The notes: generated by a model not told the origin, from the letters alone. Positions 36,131 through 45,789 are shown, counted from the stretch's first letter. The stretch is 64,000 bases of DNA from Rhodobacterales bacterium (GCA_009993005.1 JAACUH010000067.1:6848-70847), one strand, 5' to 3'. Numbers and translations: made by a program.

Positions 36131-37677
36131 CGAGACGGCGCGCTGGCCGTCGTCGCTGATCCCGTCAACATACCACCAGGCGTAGCCGTCGGGCGGGACG
36201 TCGAGCGCAAAGCAAGGTCTTGCGTGATCGCCGCGGCCGCGTGCCGGGCGGAGAGCACCGCCATCGGCACCCCCGCCCCCGGATGCGCCCCGCCCCCCGT
36301 CAGGTAGAGCCCCGCGAGCGCCGTGCGCGCCCGTGGCCGTGCCAGCCCCGCCGTCAGCCCATGCGGGCTCTGCCCGTAAAGCGAACCGCGGCTGCCCGGA
36401 AACATCCGCGCAAAGCCCTGCGGCGTGGTCAGGCTCTCGGGCCCCGGGGCGGGGGTAAAGGTCAGGCCGAACCGCTCCAGCCGGGAAAACACCTGTGTCT
36501 GGCATTGGCGGATCTCCTCTTGCGTCTCGGGTGTCTCGCCCGCAGGCGCGCCGTTCAATATGATCTCGAACCGCTCCGGCCCCCCGGGCGCAGCACCTGC
36601 GCCCCGGTCCTGTGCACAAAGGTAGAGCGTGGCGTCGGTCGGGCGCGCTCCCTGGTCCAGTGCCGCGAATTCTGCGCGCGGGTCGTCGCCGAAAAACACC
36701 GTGTGATGGGCGAGCGGCGGGCCGCTGACCGTCGCCGCAAAGGCATGGACATAGGCCGAGAGGCTGCGCGCCTCGAGCGGGCGCGCCTTGACCGCCTTTG
36801 TCACGCCTGGCCCCAGGAGGCCGGTGGCCAGCGCGCGCGGGTCGCCGTTGAACAGCACCGCGTCTGCGGCGATCCGGCCTTGCGGCGTGACCACGGCCGA
36901 GGCGCGGCCGCCCTGCACCTCTACCCTATGCGCGGGCGTGGTGTAGAGAAAGGTCGCGCCGCGCGCGCGGGCCAGCGCCTCGAGCGTTTGCGCGAGCCGG
37001 TGCATCCCGCCTGTCACCGCCCAGACGCCGCGCGCCTCGGAATGCGCGATCAGCGCGAGCAGCGCGGGCGACAGATATGGCGAACCGCCGACATAGGTCG
37101 CATAGCGCGCGAAAAGCTGCGCGAGGCGCGGGTCGCTGAAAGCGCCGCGCAGCATGGCGGCGAGACTGCAGTGTGGGGCCATGTCGGCGATCAGCCGGGG
37201 CCTGCGGGCGACGGTCGCCACGAGCACGCGTTGCGATGGCGCGGCGGTCTGCATCATCGGCGCGTCAAAGGCCTCGTAGAGGCGCGCCGCACGGGCGGCA
37301 AAGCTGCGGAACTCGGCCGCAGCCCTGGGGCCAAAGGCGGTCGCGACATTCGCCGCACTCGCCTCCGTGTCGGCCATCAGGTCGAGCGTCGCGCCATCGG
37401 CCCAGTAATGGCGCGCAAGCACCGGCAGCGGCGCGAGCGTGAGGTGGTCCTCGAGCGTTTCACCCAGATCGGCGAACAGCGCCTCGAACACCGGCCGCAT
37501 GGTCAGCACGGTCGGCCCGGCATCGACCGGCCCCGCGACCGAGGGCACCTGCCGCATCTTGCCACCCGGCGTCGCCATTGCCTCGATCACCGTGACAGCA
37601 TGGCCCGCATGGGCCAGCCGCGCAGCGGCGGCGAGCCCGCCAATTCCGGCGCCGATGATGACAACGTGGTTTTTCAA
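36115..37677 (-). CDS. crtD: methoxyneurosporene/hydroxyneurosporene desaturase
   Basis: ORF track 36115..37827, trimmed to TTG 37677 (KNHVVIIGAGIGGLAAAARLA FAD fold) with an AGGAGGG Shine-Dalgarno 5 nt upstream. The C-terminal GGGAHPGAGVPMA motif is present. Confidence 0.9.
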   Translation of the reverse strand: MKNHVVIIGAGIGGLAAAARLAHAGHAVTVIEAMATPGGKMRQVPSVAGPVDAGPTVLTMRPVFEALFADLGETLEDHLTLAPLPVLARHYWADGATLDLMADTEASAANVATAFGPRAAAEFRSFAARAARLYEAFDAPMMQTAAPSQRVLVATVARRPRLIADMAPHCSLAAMLRGAFSDPRLAQLFARYATYVGGSPYLSPALLALIAHSEARGVWAVTGGMHRLAQTLEALARARGATFLYTTPAHRVEVQGGRASAVVTPQGRIAADAVLFNGDPRALATGLLGPGVTKAVKARPLEARSLSAYVHAFAATVSGPPLAHHTVFFGDDPRAEFAALDQGARPTDATLYLCAQDRGAGAAPGGPERFEIILNGAPAGETPETQEEIRQCQTQVFSRLERFGLTFTPAPGPESLTTPQGFARMFPGSRGSLYGQSPHGLTAGLARPRARTALAGLYLTGGGAHPGAGVPMAVLSARHAAAAITQDLALRSTSRPTATPGGMLTGSATTASAPSRSSGS

Positions 37678-37717
37678 GGTCCCTCCTGCCCGCGATAGTT
37701 GACTCGCGCGCGGAAAC

Positions 37718-37735
37718 TGTCCAGTCTGATTGACA
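37718..37735. promoter_or_regulatory. PpsR/CrtJ palindrome TGTCCAGTCTGATTGACA
   Basis: A perfect TGT-N12-ACA site in the crtD/crtE divergent spacer. Confidence 0.85.
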
Positions 37736-37742
37736 CATAGAC

Positions 37743-37760
37743 TGTCTGATTTGTCTGACA
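37743..37760. promoter_or_regulatory. PpsR/CrtJ palindrome TGTCTGATTTGTCTGACA
   Basis: A perfect TGT-N12-ACA site, 7 bp from the previous palindrome (tandem pair). Confidence 0.85.
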
Positions 37761-37783
37761 GTTGCCGGTCGAGGGAGACCAGA

Positions 37784-38665
37784 ATGGGCATTTCGAGCCG
37801 GATCGACGCGGCGATGGCCGCCGCCATCCGCAGCGGGCAGGGCGCGCAGGCGCCCGCGCGGCTCGCCGCGGCGCTGGGCTATGCGGTGACGCCGGGCGGC
37901 GCGCGGATCAGGCCGACGATCCTGATGTCGGTGGCGCTCGCCTGTGGCGACGACCGGCCCGCGCTGTCGGATGCGGCGGCGGCGGCGCTCGAACTCATCC
38001 ATTGCGCGAGCCTCGTGCATGACGATCTGCCCTGTTTTGACGATGCCGACATGCGGCGCGGCAAGCCCGCGGTGCACCGCGCATTCTCGCAGCCGCTCGC
38101 CGTGCTTGCAGGTGACAGCCTGATCGTGAAGGCGTTCGAGGTGCTGGCGCGGGCGGCGGGACATGATCCTGCGCGCGCGGTGGCGCTGATCGACGTGCTG
38201 GCGGTGCGCACGGGCATGCCCTATGGCATCTGCGCCGGGCAGGGATGGGAAAGCGAGAGCCAGATCGACCTGTCCGCCTACCATCAGGCCAAGACCGGCG
38301 CGCTGTTCATCGCGGCCACGCAGATGGGCGCGATCGCCGCCGGGCAGGACGGGGCAGAGTGGGAAGAGCTGGGCGCGCGCATCGGTGAGGCGTTCCAGGT
38401 CGCCGACGACCTGCGCGATGCGCTGTGTGACGAGGCGACGCTGGGCAAGCCCGCGGGCCAGGACGACCTGCATGGCCGCCCCAATGCGGTGCGCCAACTC
38501 GGCCTGCACGGCGCGTTGGCGCGGCTTGACGATATCCTCGCCGGTGCCATCGCCTCGATCCCCGCCTGCCGGGGCGAGGCGGCGCTCGCGCAGATGGTCC
38601 ATGCCTATGCCGACCGACTGGTGCCCGCCACAGCGCGCAACCGGCCGACGGTTCCCGGGGAATAG
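37784..38665 (+). CDS. crtE: geranylgeranyl diphosphate synthase
   Basis: ORF track 37730..38665, trimmed to ATG 37784. It has the polyprenyl synthase motifs LVHDDLPCFDDADMRRG and FQVADDL. Confidence 0.92.
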   Translation: MGISSRIDAAMAAAIRSGQGAQAPARLAAALGYAVTPGGARIRPTILMSVALACGDDRPALSDAAAAALELIHCASLVHDDLPCFDDADMRRGKPAVHRAFSQPLAVLAGDSLIVKAFEVLARAAGHDPARAVALIDVLAVRTGMPYGICAGQGWESESQIDLSAYHQAKTGALFIAATQMGAIAAGQDGAEWEELGARIGEAFQVADDLRDALCDEATLGKPAGQDDLHGRPNAVRQLGLHGALARLDDILAGAIASIPACRGEAALAQMVHAYADRLVPATARNRPTVPGE

Positions 38666-38684
38666 CGACAGTGCCGCTGCGACC

Positions 38685-38707
38685 AAAAATTTTCGTAGAA
38701 AATTTTT
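38685..38707. promoter_or_regulatory. AT-rich perfect palindrome AAAAATTTTC-GTA-GAAAATTTTT
   Basis: Read directly. It is a sharp AT island in the 75-nt crtE/crtF spacer of an otherwise GC-rich cluster. Confidence 0.4.
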
Positions 38708-38740
38708 CCCTCCCGGTTCCCCGGTTCCCCCGGTGCCGCC

Positions 38741-39874
38741 GTGGCTGAGGTCGGACTGCCTGCCGCCGCTGGGCCTGCCGCACCGCGCGCCGGGCTCGTC
38801 AACCGCCTGGCCGCCTCGCGTGGCTTCCAGTCCTGGGCGGCGCGCTTTGCGTTGACCCGCCGCCTTGTGCGGCGCGAGGGCGAGGCGATGTTCGACCTTG
38901 TCGCCGGCTTTTGCCATTCGCAGATCCTGCTCGCGCTGGTCGAGCTCGACATCCCCGCCACGCTGCTCGCCGCCCCTGCCACGGCCGAGGCTCTGGCCCG
39001 GCGCGCGGCTGTCCCGCCCGAGCGGATGCGCATTCTGCTGCGCGGTGGCATCGCCATCGGCCTCCTGCGTGAGAGGCGCGGCCTTTATGGCCTCACCCGG
39101 CGCGGCGCGGCGCTGACCGGGGTGCCGGGGCTTGCCGGGATGATCGCGCATCACCGGGTGCTCTACCGCGACCTCGCCGACCCCGTTGCCTTTTTCCGCG
39201 GTGAAACAGAGACTGAACTGGCCGCATTCTGGCCCTATGTCTTTGGCGCCGGCGCCGCGCAGGACCCCGAGACCGCGCAGACCTATTCGCGCCTCATGGC
39301 CGACAGTCAGGTGCTGGTGGCCGAGGATACGCTCGCCGCTGTGCCGCTTGCGGGGATCACGCGGCTGATGGATGTTGGCGGCGGAACCGGCGCGTTTCTC
39401 GCGGCCGTCGCCGTGCGCTGGCCGGAGGTGGCTCTGTCGCTCTTCGACCTGCCTGCGGTGGTCCCTGCCGCGCGCGCGCGGTTCGACCTTGCGGGGCTGG
39501 GCGACCGGCTCATGATCCATCCCGGCTCGTTCCGCGACGACCCGCTGCCTGCGGGTGCCGATGCGATCAGCCTGGTGCGGGTGCTCTATGACCATTCCGA
39601 CGACACCGTGCGCGCGCTGCTGCGTGCGGTGCATGCCGCGCTGCCGCCCGGCGGGCGGCTGATCGTGTCCGAGCCGATGACAGGTGGTGCCGATCCGCAA
39701 CGCGCGGGTGACGCCTATTTCGCGCTCTACTGTCTGGCGATGCGCACGGGCCGCGCGCGCTCGGCAGTTGAAATCTCCGAATTGCTGCGCGCGGCGGGCT
39801 TTTGCGCCATCGCCACGCCGCGCCCGGCGCGCCCCTTCATCACCAGCGTGGTGACAGCCGTCAAATCTGATTGA
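38741..39874 (+). CDS. crtF: demethylspheroidene O-methyltransferase
   Basis: ORF 38741..39874 (GTG start). The SAM-MT motif is [11 protein letters not shown], and the position after crtE fits. Confidence 0.9.
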   Translation: MAEVGLPAAAGPAAPRAGLVNRLAASRGFQSWAARFALTRRLVRREGEAMFDLVAGFCHSQILLALVELDIPATLLAAPATAEALARRAAVPPERMRILLRGGIAIGLLRERRGLYGLTRRGAALTGVPGLAGMIAHHRVLYRDLADPVAFFRGETETELAAFWPYVFGAGAAQDPETAQTYSRLMADSQVLVAEDTLAAVPLAGITRLMDVGGGTGAFLAAVAVRWPEVALSLFDLPAVVPAARARFDLAGLGDRLMIHPGSFRDDPLPAGADAISLVRVLYDHSDDTVRALLRAVHAALPPGGRLIVSEPMTGGADPQRAGDAYFALYCLAMRTGRARSAVEISELLRAAGFCAIATPRPARPFITSVVTAVKSD

Positions 39875-39883
39875 CAGGACAAC

Positions 39884-39901
39884 TGTCTAAACAGATTGAC
39901 A
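39884..39901. promoter_or_regulatory. PpsR/CrtJ palindrome TGTCTAAACAGATTGACA (contains -35-like TTGACA)
   Basis: A perfect TGT-N12-ACA site upstream of bchC. Confidence 0.88.
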
Positions 39902-39909
39902 GATCAAAC

Positions 39910-39927
39910 TGTAAGGCTAGACTTACA
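39910..39927. promoter_or_regulatory. PpsR/CrtJ palindrome TGTAAGGCTAGACTTACA (contains -10-like TAGACT)
   Basis: A perfect TGT-N12-ACA site, 8 bp after the previous palindrome. This matches the two-palindrome bchC promoter layout known from Rhodobacter capsulatus. Confidence 0.88.
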
Positions 39928-39996
39928 CCAAGGGACAATGTTCCCACCGAATCCTGTCACTCATGACCGGACCGGCAAAGAGGGGGACCAGCGATC

Positions 39997-40938
39997 GTGC
40001 AGACGCAAGCCGTCATACTGACCGCGCCAGAGCAGCTCGAGCTCGGCACGCTGGGTCTCACCCCGCCTGCGGCGGATGACCTTGTCGTCGCGATCTCGCA
40101 TTCCGGCATTTCCACCGGCACCGAAAAACTGTTCTGGTCGGGCCAGATGCCGCCCTTTCCCGGCATGGGTTATCCGCTTGTCCCCGGTTACGAATCGGCG
40201 GGCGAAGTGGTCGAGGCCGGGGCGGATACCGGGTTTCGCGTGGGCGAGCGGGTCTTTGTGCCCGGCGCGTCCTGCTATGTCGGCGCCTTCGGGCTTTTTG
40301 GCGGGGCTGCGGCCTGTGTCGTGACCAAGGCGTCGCGCGTGACCCGCATCGACGCTGGCCTTGGCGCCGAGGGCGCGCTTCTGGCGCTCGCCGCCACCGC
40401 GCGGCATGCGATGGCGGGGCCGGGCAAGGCCGTGCCGGACCTGATCGTGGGGCATGGCGTGCTGGGCCGGCTGCTGGCGCGGCTGACGATTGCCGCGGGC
40501 GCCCCTGCGCCGACCGTCTGGGACATCAACCCCGACCGCATGACCGGCGCGCAGGGCTATGAGGTGATCGCGCCCGAGGCCGACACGCGCCGCGACTACC
40601 GGTCGATCTATGATGCCTCGGGCCGCGCCGATCTGCTCAACGACCTGATCCCGCGCCTGGCCAGGGGTGGCGAGATCGTGCTGGCGGGGTTCTATACCCA
40701 GCCGCTGAGTTTCGCCTTTCCGCCCGCCTTCATGAAGGAAGCGCGGCTGCGCATCGCGGCGGAATGGGCGCCCGACGACATGGTGGCGACACGCTCGCTG
40801 GTGGAAAGCGGCGCGCTGTCGCTGGGCGGGCTCATCACCCATACCGCCCGCGCGACCGACGCATCCGCCGCCTACAGGACCGCGTTCAGCGACCCGTCCT
40901 GCCTCAAGATGATCCTCGACTGGAAAGGCCGGGCATGA
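39997..40938 (+). CDS. bchC: bacteriochlorophyllide a dehydrogenase (3-hydroxyethyl)
   Basis: ORF 39997..40938 (GTG start with a GAGGGGGA Shine-Dalgarno). It has the MDR/zinc-ADH-like fold pattern and lies upstream of bchXYZ. Confidence 0.92.
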   Translation: MQTQAVILTAPEQLELGTLGLTPPAADDLVVAISHSGISTGTEKLFWSGQMPPFPGMGYPLVPGYESAGEVVEAGADTGFRVGERVFVPGASCYVGAFGLFGGAAACVVTKASRVTRIDAGLGAEGALLALAATARHAMAGPGKAVPDLIVGHGVLGRLLARLTIAAGAPAPTVWDINPDRMTGAQGYEVIAPEADTRRDYRSIYDASGRADLLNDLIPRLARGGEIVLAGFYTQPLSFAFPPAFMKEARLRIAAEWAPDDMVATRSLVESGALSLGGLITHTARATDASAAYRTAFSDPSCLKMILDWKGRA

Positions 40939-41939
40939 CCCTCGATATCCCCAATCTCAAGGACTTCGACCAGCGCCTGCGCGACGAAGCGCATGAAGAG
41001 CCGACGCTCGAGGTGCCGCAGGGCGAGCCCACGAAGCATACCCAGATCATCGCGATCTATGGCAAGGGCGGTATCGGCAAATCCTTTACGCTCGCCAATC
41101 TCAGCCACATGATGGCCGAAATGGGCAAGCGGGTGCTGCTGATCGGCTGCGACCCCAAGTCCGACACCACGAGCCTCCTGTTCGGCGGCAAGGCCTGCCC
41201 GACGATCATCGAAACCTCGAGCCGCAAGAAGCTTGCCGGCGAAGAGGTTGCCATCGGTGACGTATGCTTCAAGCGCGGCGGTGTCTTTGCGATGGAGCTT
41301 GGCGGGCCCGAGGTCGGGCGCGGCTGCGGCGGGCGCGGGATCATCCACGGCTTTGAGCTGCTGGAGAAGCTGGGCTTTCATGACTGGGATTTCGACTATG
41401 TGCTGCTCGATTTTCTGGGCGACGTGGTCTGCGGCGGCTTTGGCCTGCCGATCGCGCGGGACATGGCGCAAAAGGTGATCCTGGTCGGGTCGAACGATCT
41501 GCAATCGCTTTATGTCGCCAACAACGTCTGTTCGGCGGTGGAGTATTTCCGCAAGCTCGGCGGCAATGTCGGCGTGGCGGGGCTCGTGATCAACAAGGAT
41601 GACGGCACCGGCGAGGCGCAGGCCTTTGCCAGGGCTGTCGGTATCCCGGTGCTGGCCGCGATCCCGCAGGACGACGATCTGCGCAAGAAATCCGCCAATT
41701 ACCAGATCGTCGGCACGATGCAGAGCCAATGGGGCCCGATGTTCGTGGGTCTGGCCGAGGCGGTGGGCCTTGCCCCGCCGGTGCGGCCCAAGGCGCTCAA
41801 CCAGGACGGGCTGCTCGCGCTGTTCGATGCCAAGGATACCGGCGGCGACTATCAACTTGTGCCTGCCAGTGACGCCGACATGCGCGGCAAGTTCGCGGTC
41901 GTGCGGGAAAGCCTCGAGGTCATCTATGACGATGCGTGA
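40935..41939 (+). CDS. bchX: chlorophyllide a reductase iron protein subunit X
   Basis: ORF track 40764..41939, trimmed to ATG 40935 (ATGA overlap with bchC). It has the NifH-like P-loop YGKGGIGKS and CGGFG. Confidence 0.95.
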   Translation: MTLDIPNLKDFDQRLRDEAHEEPTLEVPQGEPTKHTQIIAIYGKGGIGKSFTLANLSHMMAEMGKRVLLIGCDPKSDTTSLLFGGKACPTIIETSSRKKLAGEEVAIGDVCFKRGGVFAMELGGPEVGRGCGGRGIIHGFELLEKLGFHDWDFDYVLLDFLGDVVCGGFGLPIARDMAQKVILVGSNDLQSLYVANNVCSAVEYFRKLGGNVGVAGLVINKDDGTGEAQAFARAVGIPVLAAIPQDDDLRKKSANYQIVGTMQSQWGPMFVGLAEAVGLAPPVRPKALNQDGLLALFDAKDTGGDYQLVPASDADMRGKFAVVRESLEVIYDDA

Positions 41940-41960
41940 TCTCATGGACGGCGCCGGCGC

Positions 41961-42023
41961 GGGGGCTCTGCCCCCCGTCCCCGATGGGGACGTCCCCCGG
42001 GATATTTCGGGCCAAAAGATGGA
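41961..42023 (+). repeat. short structured repeat, copy in bchX/bchY junction
   Basis: The sequence is GGGGGCTCTGCCCCCCG + GTCCCC-GAT-GGGGAC hairpin + GACGTCCCCCGGGATATTTCGGGCCAAAAGATGGA. The 17-nt and 35-nt modules are identical to copy 60382. Confidence 0.85.
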
Positions 42024-43515
42024 TGCGGGTCTGCCTGTGGATGGCATGGGCTGTCATGCCGGGGCGGGTGCGCTGCAGGCGGCGGCGCGGGCGGCGGGCA
42101 AGTCCGAGATCCTGGATCAATATGCGCGGGACTATCCGCAAGGGCCGCATGACCAGCCACAGTCGATGTGCCCGGCCTTTGGGTCCTTGCGTGTGGGTCT
42201 GCGGATGCGGCGGGTGGCAACGGTGCTGTCGGGCTCGGCCTGCTGTGTCTATGGGCTGACCTTTGTCAGCCATTTCTACGGGGCGCGGCGGTCGGTCGGT
42301 TATGTGCCGTTCAACTCCGAGACGCTGGTCACGGGCAAGCTCTTTGAGGATATCCGCGAGGCGGTGCATGATATCGCGGACCCCGCGAATTATGACGCCA
42401 TCGTGGTGACGAACCTCTGTGTGCCGACTGCCTCGGGCGTGCCGCTGCGGCTTTTGCCGGATGAGATCAACGGCGTGCGGATCGTGGGGATCGACGTGCC
42501 GGGCTTTGGCATTCCGACCCATGCCGAGGCCAAGGATGTGCTGGCGGGCGCGATGCTGGCCTATGCGCGCAAGGAAATCATGGCGGGGCCGGTGGCGGCG
42601 CCTGTGGGCGGCAAGTCGGACCGGCCGACCGTGAGCCTTTTGGGCGAGATGTTTCCCGCCGATCCGGTGATGATCGGCGCGATGCTGGCGCCGCTGGGGC
42701 TGGCCGTGGGGCCGGTTGTGCCGGCGCGCGAATGGCGCGAGCTTTATGCCGCGCTTGACTGCGGGGCGGTGGCGGCGATCCATCCGTTCTATACGGCGGC
42801 TGTGCGTGAGTTCGAGGCGGCAGGGCGGCCCGTGGTCGGCTCGGCGCCGGTGGGCCATGACGGCACGGCGGCCTGGCTGGCCGCGATCGGCGACGCGTTC
42901 GGTCTGCCGGCTGACCGCGTCGCGGCAGCGCAGAACGCATTCCTGCCAGCGATCAGGGGCGCGCTGGCGGCGGCGCCGATCAAGGGGACGATCACGCTGT
43001 CGGGCTATGAGGGGTCGGAACTGCTGGTCGCGCGGCTGCTGATCGAGAGTGGCGCGGATGTGCCCTATGTCGGCACCGCCTGTCCGAAAACCCGCTGGTC
43101 CGCCGATGACGCCGCATGGCTCGAGGCGCGCGGCGTCAAGGTCAAGTATCGCGCCAGTCTTCAGGATGACCTGTCGGCGATGGAGGCGATCCGCCCCGAC
43201 CTCGCCATCGGCACGACGCCTGTCGTGCAGAAGGCCAAGGAGATGGGCGTGCCGGGGCTCTATTTCACCAACCTCATCTCTGCCCGGCCGCTGATGGGGC
43301 CGGCGGGGGCGGGTTCGCTCGGCCAGGTGATCAATGCCGCGATTGCGGGCAAGGATCGCATGGACAAGATGAAGGCGTTCTTTGCCGGTGTGGGCGAAGG
43401 CGACACCGCCGGGATCTGGGAGGGCAGCCCCAACCTGCGCCCCGATTTCCGTGCGCAGCATCAGAAGAAGCTCGACAAACTGGCGCGCGCGGCCAAGGCC
43501 GAGGAGATGATCTGA
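42019..43515 (+). CDS. bchY: chlorophyllide a reductase subunit Y
   Basis: Frame of ORF 41599..43515. ATG 42019 ([18 protein letters not shown]...) is the start closest to the conserved BchY N-terminus. In-frame ATGs at 41926, 41932 and 41944 would add a repeat-encoded extension. [17 protein letters not shown] is present. Confidence 0.9.
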   Translation: MDAGLPVDGMGCHAGAGALQAAARAAGKSEILDQYARDYPQGPHDQPQSMCPAFGSLRVGLRMRRVATVLSGSACCVYGLTFVSHFYGARRSVGYVPFNSETLVTGKLFEDIREAVHDIADPANYDAIVVTNLCVPTASGVPLRLLPDEINGVRIVGIDVPGFGIPTHAEAKDVLAGAMLAYARKEIMAGPVAAPVGGKSDRPTVSLLGEMFPADPVMIGAMLAPLGLAVGPVVPAREWRELYAALDCGAVAAIHPFYTAAVREFEAAGRPVVGSAPVGHDGTAAWLAAIGDAFGLPADRVAAAQNAFLPAIRGALAAAPIKGTITLSGYEGSELLVARLLIESGADVPYVGTACPKTRWSADDAAWLEARGVKVKYRASLQDDLSAMEAIRPDLAIGTTPVVQKAKEMGVPGLYFTNLISARPLMGPAGAGSLGQVINAAIAGKDRMDKMKAFFAGVGEGDTAGIWEGSPNLRPDFRAQHQKKLDKLARAAKAEEMI

Positions 43516-44978
43516 TGCTCGTCATGGATCATGATCGCGCGGGCGGCTACTGGGGGGCGGTTTACGCCTTTTGCGCCGTCAAGGGCTTGCAGGTGGTGAT
43601 CGACGGCCCGGTGGGCTGCGAGAATCTGCCGGTGACCTCCGTGCTGCATTACACCGACGGCCTGCCGCCGCATGAGTTGCCCATTGTCGTCACCGGCCTG
43701 GGCGAGAGCGAGATGGGCGCGGGCACCGAGGAGGCGATGAAACGCGCCTGGCAGACGCTCGACCCGGCGCTGCCGGCGGTCGTGGTGACGGGCTCCATCG
43801 CCGAGATGATCGGGGGCGGCGTGACGCCGCAGGGCACCAATATCCAGCGCTTTCTGCCGCGCACCATCGACGAGGACCAGTGGCAGAGCGCGGACCGTGC
43901 GATGACCTGGATCTTTACCGAATTCGGCATGACCAAGGGCCGCATGCCGCCGGAGAAAAAGCGCGAGGCGGGCGATGCGCCGCGCGTCAATATCCTCGGG
44001 CCGATGTATGGCACGTTCAACATGCCGTCCGACCTGCACGAGATCCGCAGGCTGGTCGAAGGGATCGGCGCGCAGGTCAACATGGTGATGCCGCTGGGCG
44101 CGCATGTGGCCGAGATGCGCAATCTGGTGAATGCGGATGTCAACATCTGCATGTATCGCGAGTTTGGCCGGGGGCTCGCCGAGGTGCTGGGCAAGCCCTA
44201 TCTGCAAGCGCCCTTTGGCATCGAGAGCACGACACTGTTCCTGCGCAAGCTGGGCGAGATGCTGGGGCTCGATCCCGAGCCGTTCATCGAGCGGGAAAAG
44301 CATTCCACGATCAAGCCGGTCTGGGATCTGTGGCGGTCCGTCACGCAGGATTTCTATGCCACGGCCGAATTCGCCATCGTCGCGAACGAGACCTATACGC
44401 GCGGCGTGCGCAACTACCTCGAAGGCGATCTGGGCTTTCCCTGCGCCTTTGCCGTGGCGCGCAGGCGCGGCGCCAAGACCGACAATGACGAAGTGCGCCG
44501 CCTGATGCGGACCAAGCGCCCGCTCATCGTCATGGGGTCGATCAACGAAAAGATGTATCTGGCCGAGATGAAGGGCGGGCATGGGCCGCAGCCTGTGTTC
44601 ATCCCCGCGTCCTTTCCGGGTGCCGCGATCCGGCGGGCCACAGGGACCCCATTTATGGGATATGCGGGTGCCACCTACATGTTGCAAGAGGTCTGCAACG
44701 GCCTCTTTGACGCACTCTTTCACATTCTGCCGCTGGCGACCGAGATGGACGCCGCGCAGGCCACGCTGACGCCGTTGCGCCGCGACTTCCCCTGGGATGC
44801 CGATGCGCAGCGCCGCCTGGACGAGATTGTCGCCAGTCATCCGATCCTCACCCGCATTTCGGCGGCCAAGTCCCTGCGCGATGCCGCAGAGCGGGCCGCG
44901 CTGGATGCGGGGGCAGAGCGGGTCGTGCTGGAGACCGTCGAAATGCTTGAACCCAATCTGGGAGGATCAGGGACATGA
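43515..44978 (+). CDS. bchZ: chlorophyllide a reductase subunit Z
   Basis: ORF 43515..44978 with a 1-nt overlap with the bchY stop (TGATG). The N-terminus is [39 protein letters not shown]. Confidence 0.95.
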   Translation: MLVMDHDRAGGYWGAVYAFCAVKGLQVVIDGPVGCENLPVTSVLHYTDGLPPHELPIVVTGLGESEMGAGTEEAMKRAWQTLDPALPAVVVTGSIAEMIGGGVTPQGTNIQRFLPRTIDEDQWQSADRAMTWIFTEFGMTKGRMPPEKKREAGDAPRVNILGPMYGTFNMPSDLHEIRRLVEGIGAQVNMVMPLGAHVAEMRNLVNADVNICMYREFGRGLAEVLGKPYLQAPFGIESTTLFLRKLGEMLGLDPEPFIEREKHSTIKPVWDLWRSVTQDFYATAEFAIVANETYTRGVRNYLEGDLGFPCAFAVARRRGAKTDNDEVRRLMRTKRPLIVMGSINEKMYLAEMKGGHGPQPVFIPASFPGAAIRRATGTPFMGYAGATYMLQEVCNGLFDALFHILPLATEMDAAQATLTPLRRDFPWDADAQRRLDEIVASHPILTRISAAKSLRDAAERAALDAGAERVVLETVEMLEPNLGGSGT

Positions 44979-45199
44979 CCGACTTCACTTCGGATACGCC
45001 GGTTCTGCGGGCGCGTTCTGCGCCCCCCAAACGGGAATACTACGCCTATTTCGCGATCATCTTTCTGGCAGCCCTGCCGCTGGCGACCCTGACCTGGGCG
45101 CTGGGCGCGGCGCGCCGGTTCGAGATGCCGGAAAAAGGCCCCCTTGCGCGCGCCTGGACCCAGGCCCGCATCATCACGCCGCAGATCTTTTCGGCGTGA
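44975..45199 (+). CDS. pufQ: PufQ
   Basis: ORF 44975..45199, 74 aa, with an ATGA overlap with bchZ. It has a central TM segment and the C-terminal [17 protein letters not shown], resembling my recollection of Rhodobacter PufQ. Confidence 0.85.
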   Translation: MTDFTSDTPVLRARSAPPKREYYAYFAIIFLAALPLATLTWALGAARRFEMPEKGPLARAWTQARIITPQIFSA

Positions 45200-45281
45200 C
45201 ACCCCATTGGTGCCGGCCCCCCGGGCCAGGCACCTGCGACTTCGCCTCCCCCACAAAGGGGGGCGATCACAAGGGCAGGAG

Positions 45282-45356
45282 ATGACCTCCTGTCGAGACC
45301 CGGCCGCGGGGGACGTGCGGTGTCAGTACAATTTTTCGGAGGAAAAACATGGCTGA
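45282..45356 (+). CDS. pufK: pufK-like upstream small ORF (24 codons) overlapping the pufB start
   Basis: ATG 45282 is preceded by GGCAGGAG. The peptide is [24 protein letters not shown], and its stop TGA (45354-45356) overlaps the pufB ATG region. It sits at the position of R. sphaeroides pufK. Confidence 0.4.
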   Translation: MTSCRDPAAGDVRCQYNFSEEKHG

Positions 45357-45504
45357 TAAATCCGACCTGTCGTTCACAGGTCTCACTGACGAGCAGGCAC
45401 AGGAGCTGCACTCGGTGTACATGAGCGGGCTGTGGATCTTCACGATCATCGCAGTCGTCGCGCATGTCCTGACGTACATCAAACTGCCCTGGTTCAGCTG
45501 GTAA
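45349..45504 (+). CDS. pufB: light-harvesting 1 beta polypeptide
   Basis: My own translation gives [51 protein letters not shown]. The ORF is too short for the track and has a GGAGGAAAAAC Shine-Dalgarno. Confidence 0.95.
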   Translation: MADKSDLSFTGLTDEQAQELHSVYMSGLWIFTIIAVVAHVLTYIKLPWFSW

Positions 45505-45519
45505 GGAAGGACACACACA

Positions 45520-45672
45520 ATGGCACAGTTCTACAAGATCTGGCTCATCTTCGACCCCCGCCGCGTGTTCGTGGCGCAGGGCGTGTTCCTTTTCCTGCTG
45601 GCAGCGATGATTCACCTCGTCCTGCTGAGCAACGAAAAGACCAACTGGCTCACGCTGGCTTTCGGCCAGTAA
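45520..45672 (+). CDS. pufA: light-harvesting 1 alpha polypeptide
   Basis: My own translation gives [50 protein letters not shown]. Confidence 0.95.
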   Translation: MAQFYKIWLIFDPRRVFVAQGVFLFLLAAMIHLVLLSNEKTNWLTLAFGQ

Positions 45673-45692
45673 GCCGTTCGGCCAAGACAAGG

Positions 45693-45764
45693 CTGCGGGC
45701 GGGGCCAAGCGTCCGCCCGCGGCAAACCCGACAGTCTGAGACGGTCCCGCATCAGGATGCGGGA
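45693..45764 (+). promoter_or_regulatory. pufA-pufL intercistronic hairpins (mRNA stabiliser/partial terminator region)
   Basis: There are two stems: CTGCGGGCGG...CCGCCCGCGG (45693-45722) and TCCCGCAT-CAGG-ATGCGGGA (45745-45764). They correspond to the known puf intercistronic stem-loops that give pufBA mRNA its long half-life. Confidence 0.7.
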
Positions 45765-45789
45765 TGACGCTCGTTAATGGAGACGGAAG

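Noticed and set aside
36115-36320. Programmed -1 frameshift from crtD into the crtC frame
   Set aside because: The crtC frame is -1 relative to crtD. However, I found no X-XXY-YYZ slippery heptamer or downstream pseudoknot-like structure in the relevant stretch. It is kept only as a remote alternative in the crtC finding.
37460-39700. 746-aa minus-strand ORF
   Set aside because: It lies antisense to crtE and crtF and has no recognisable domains.
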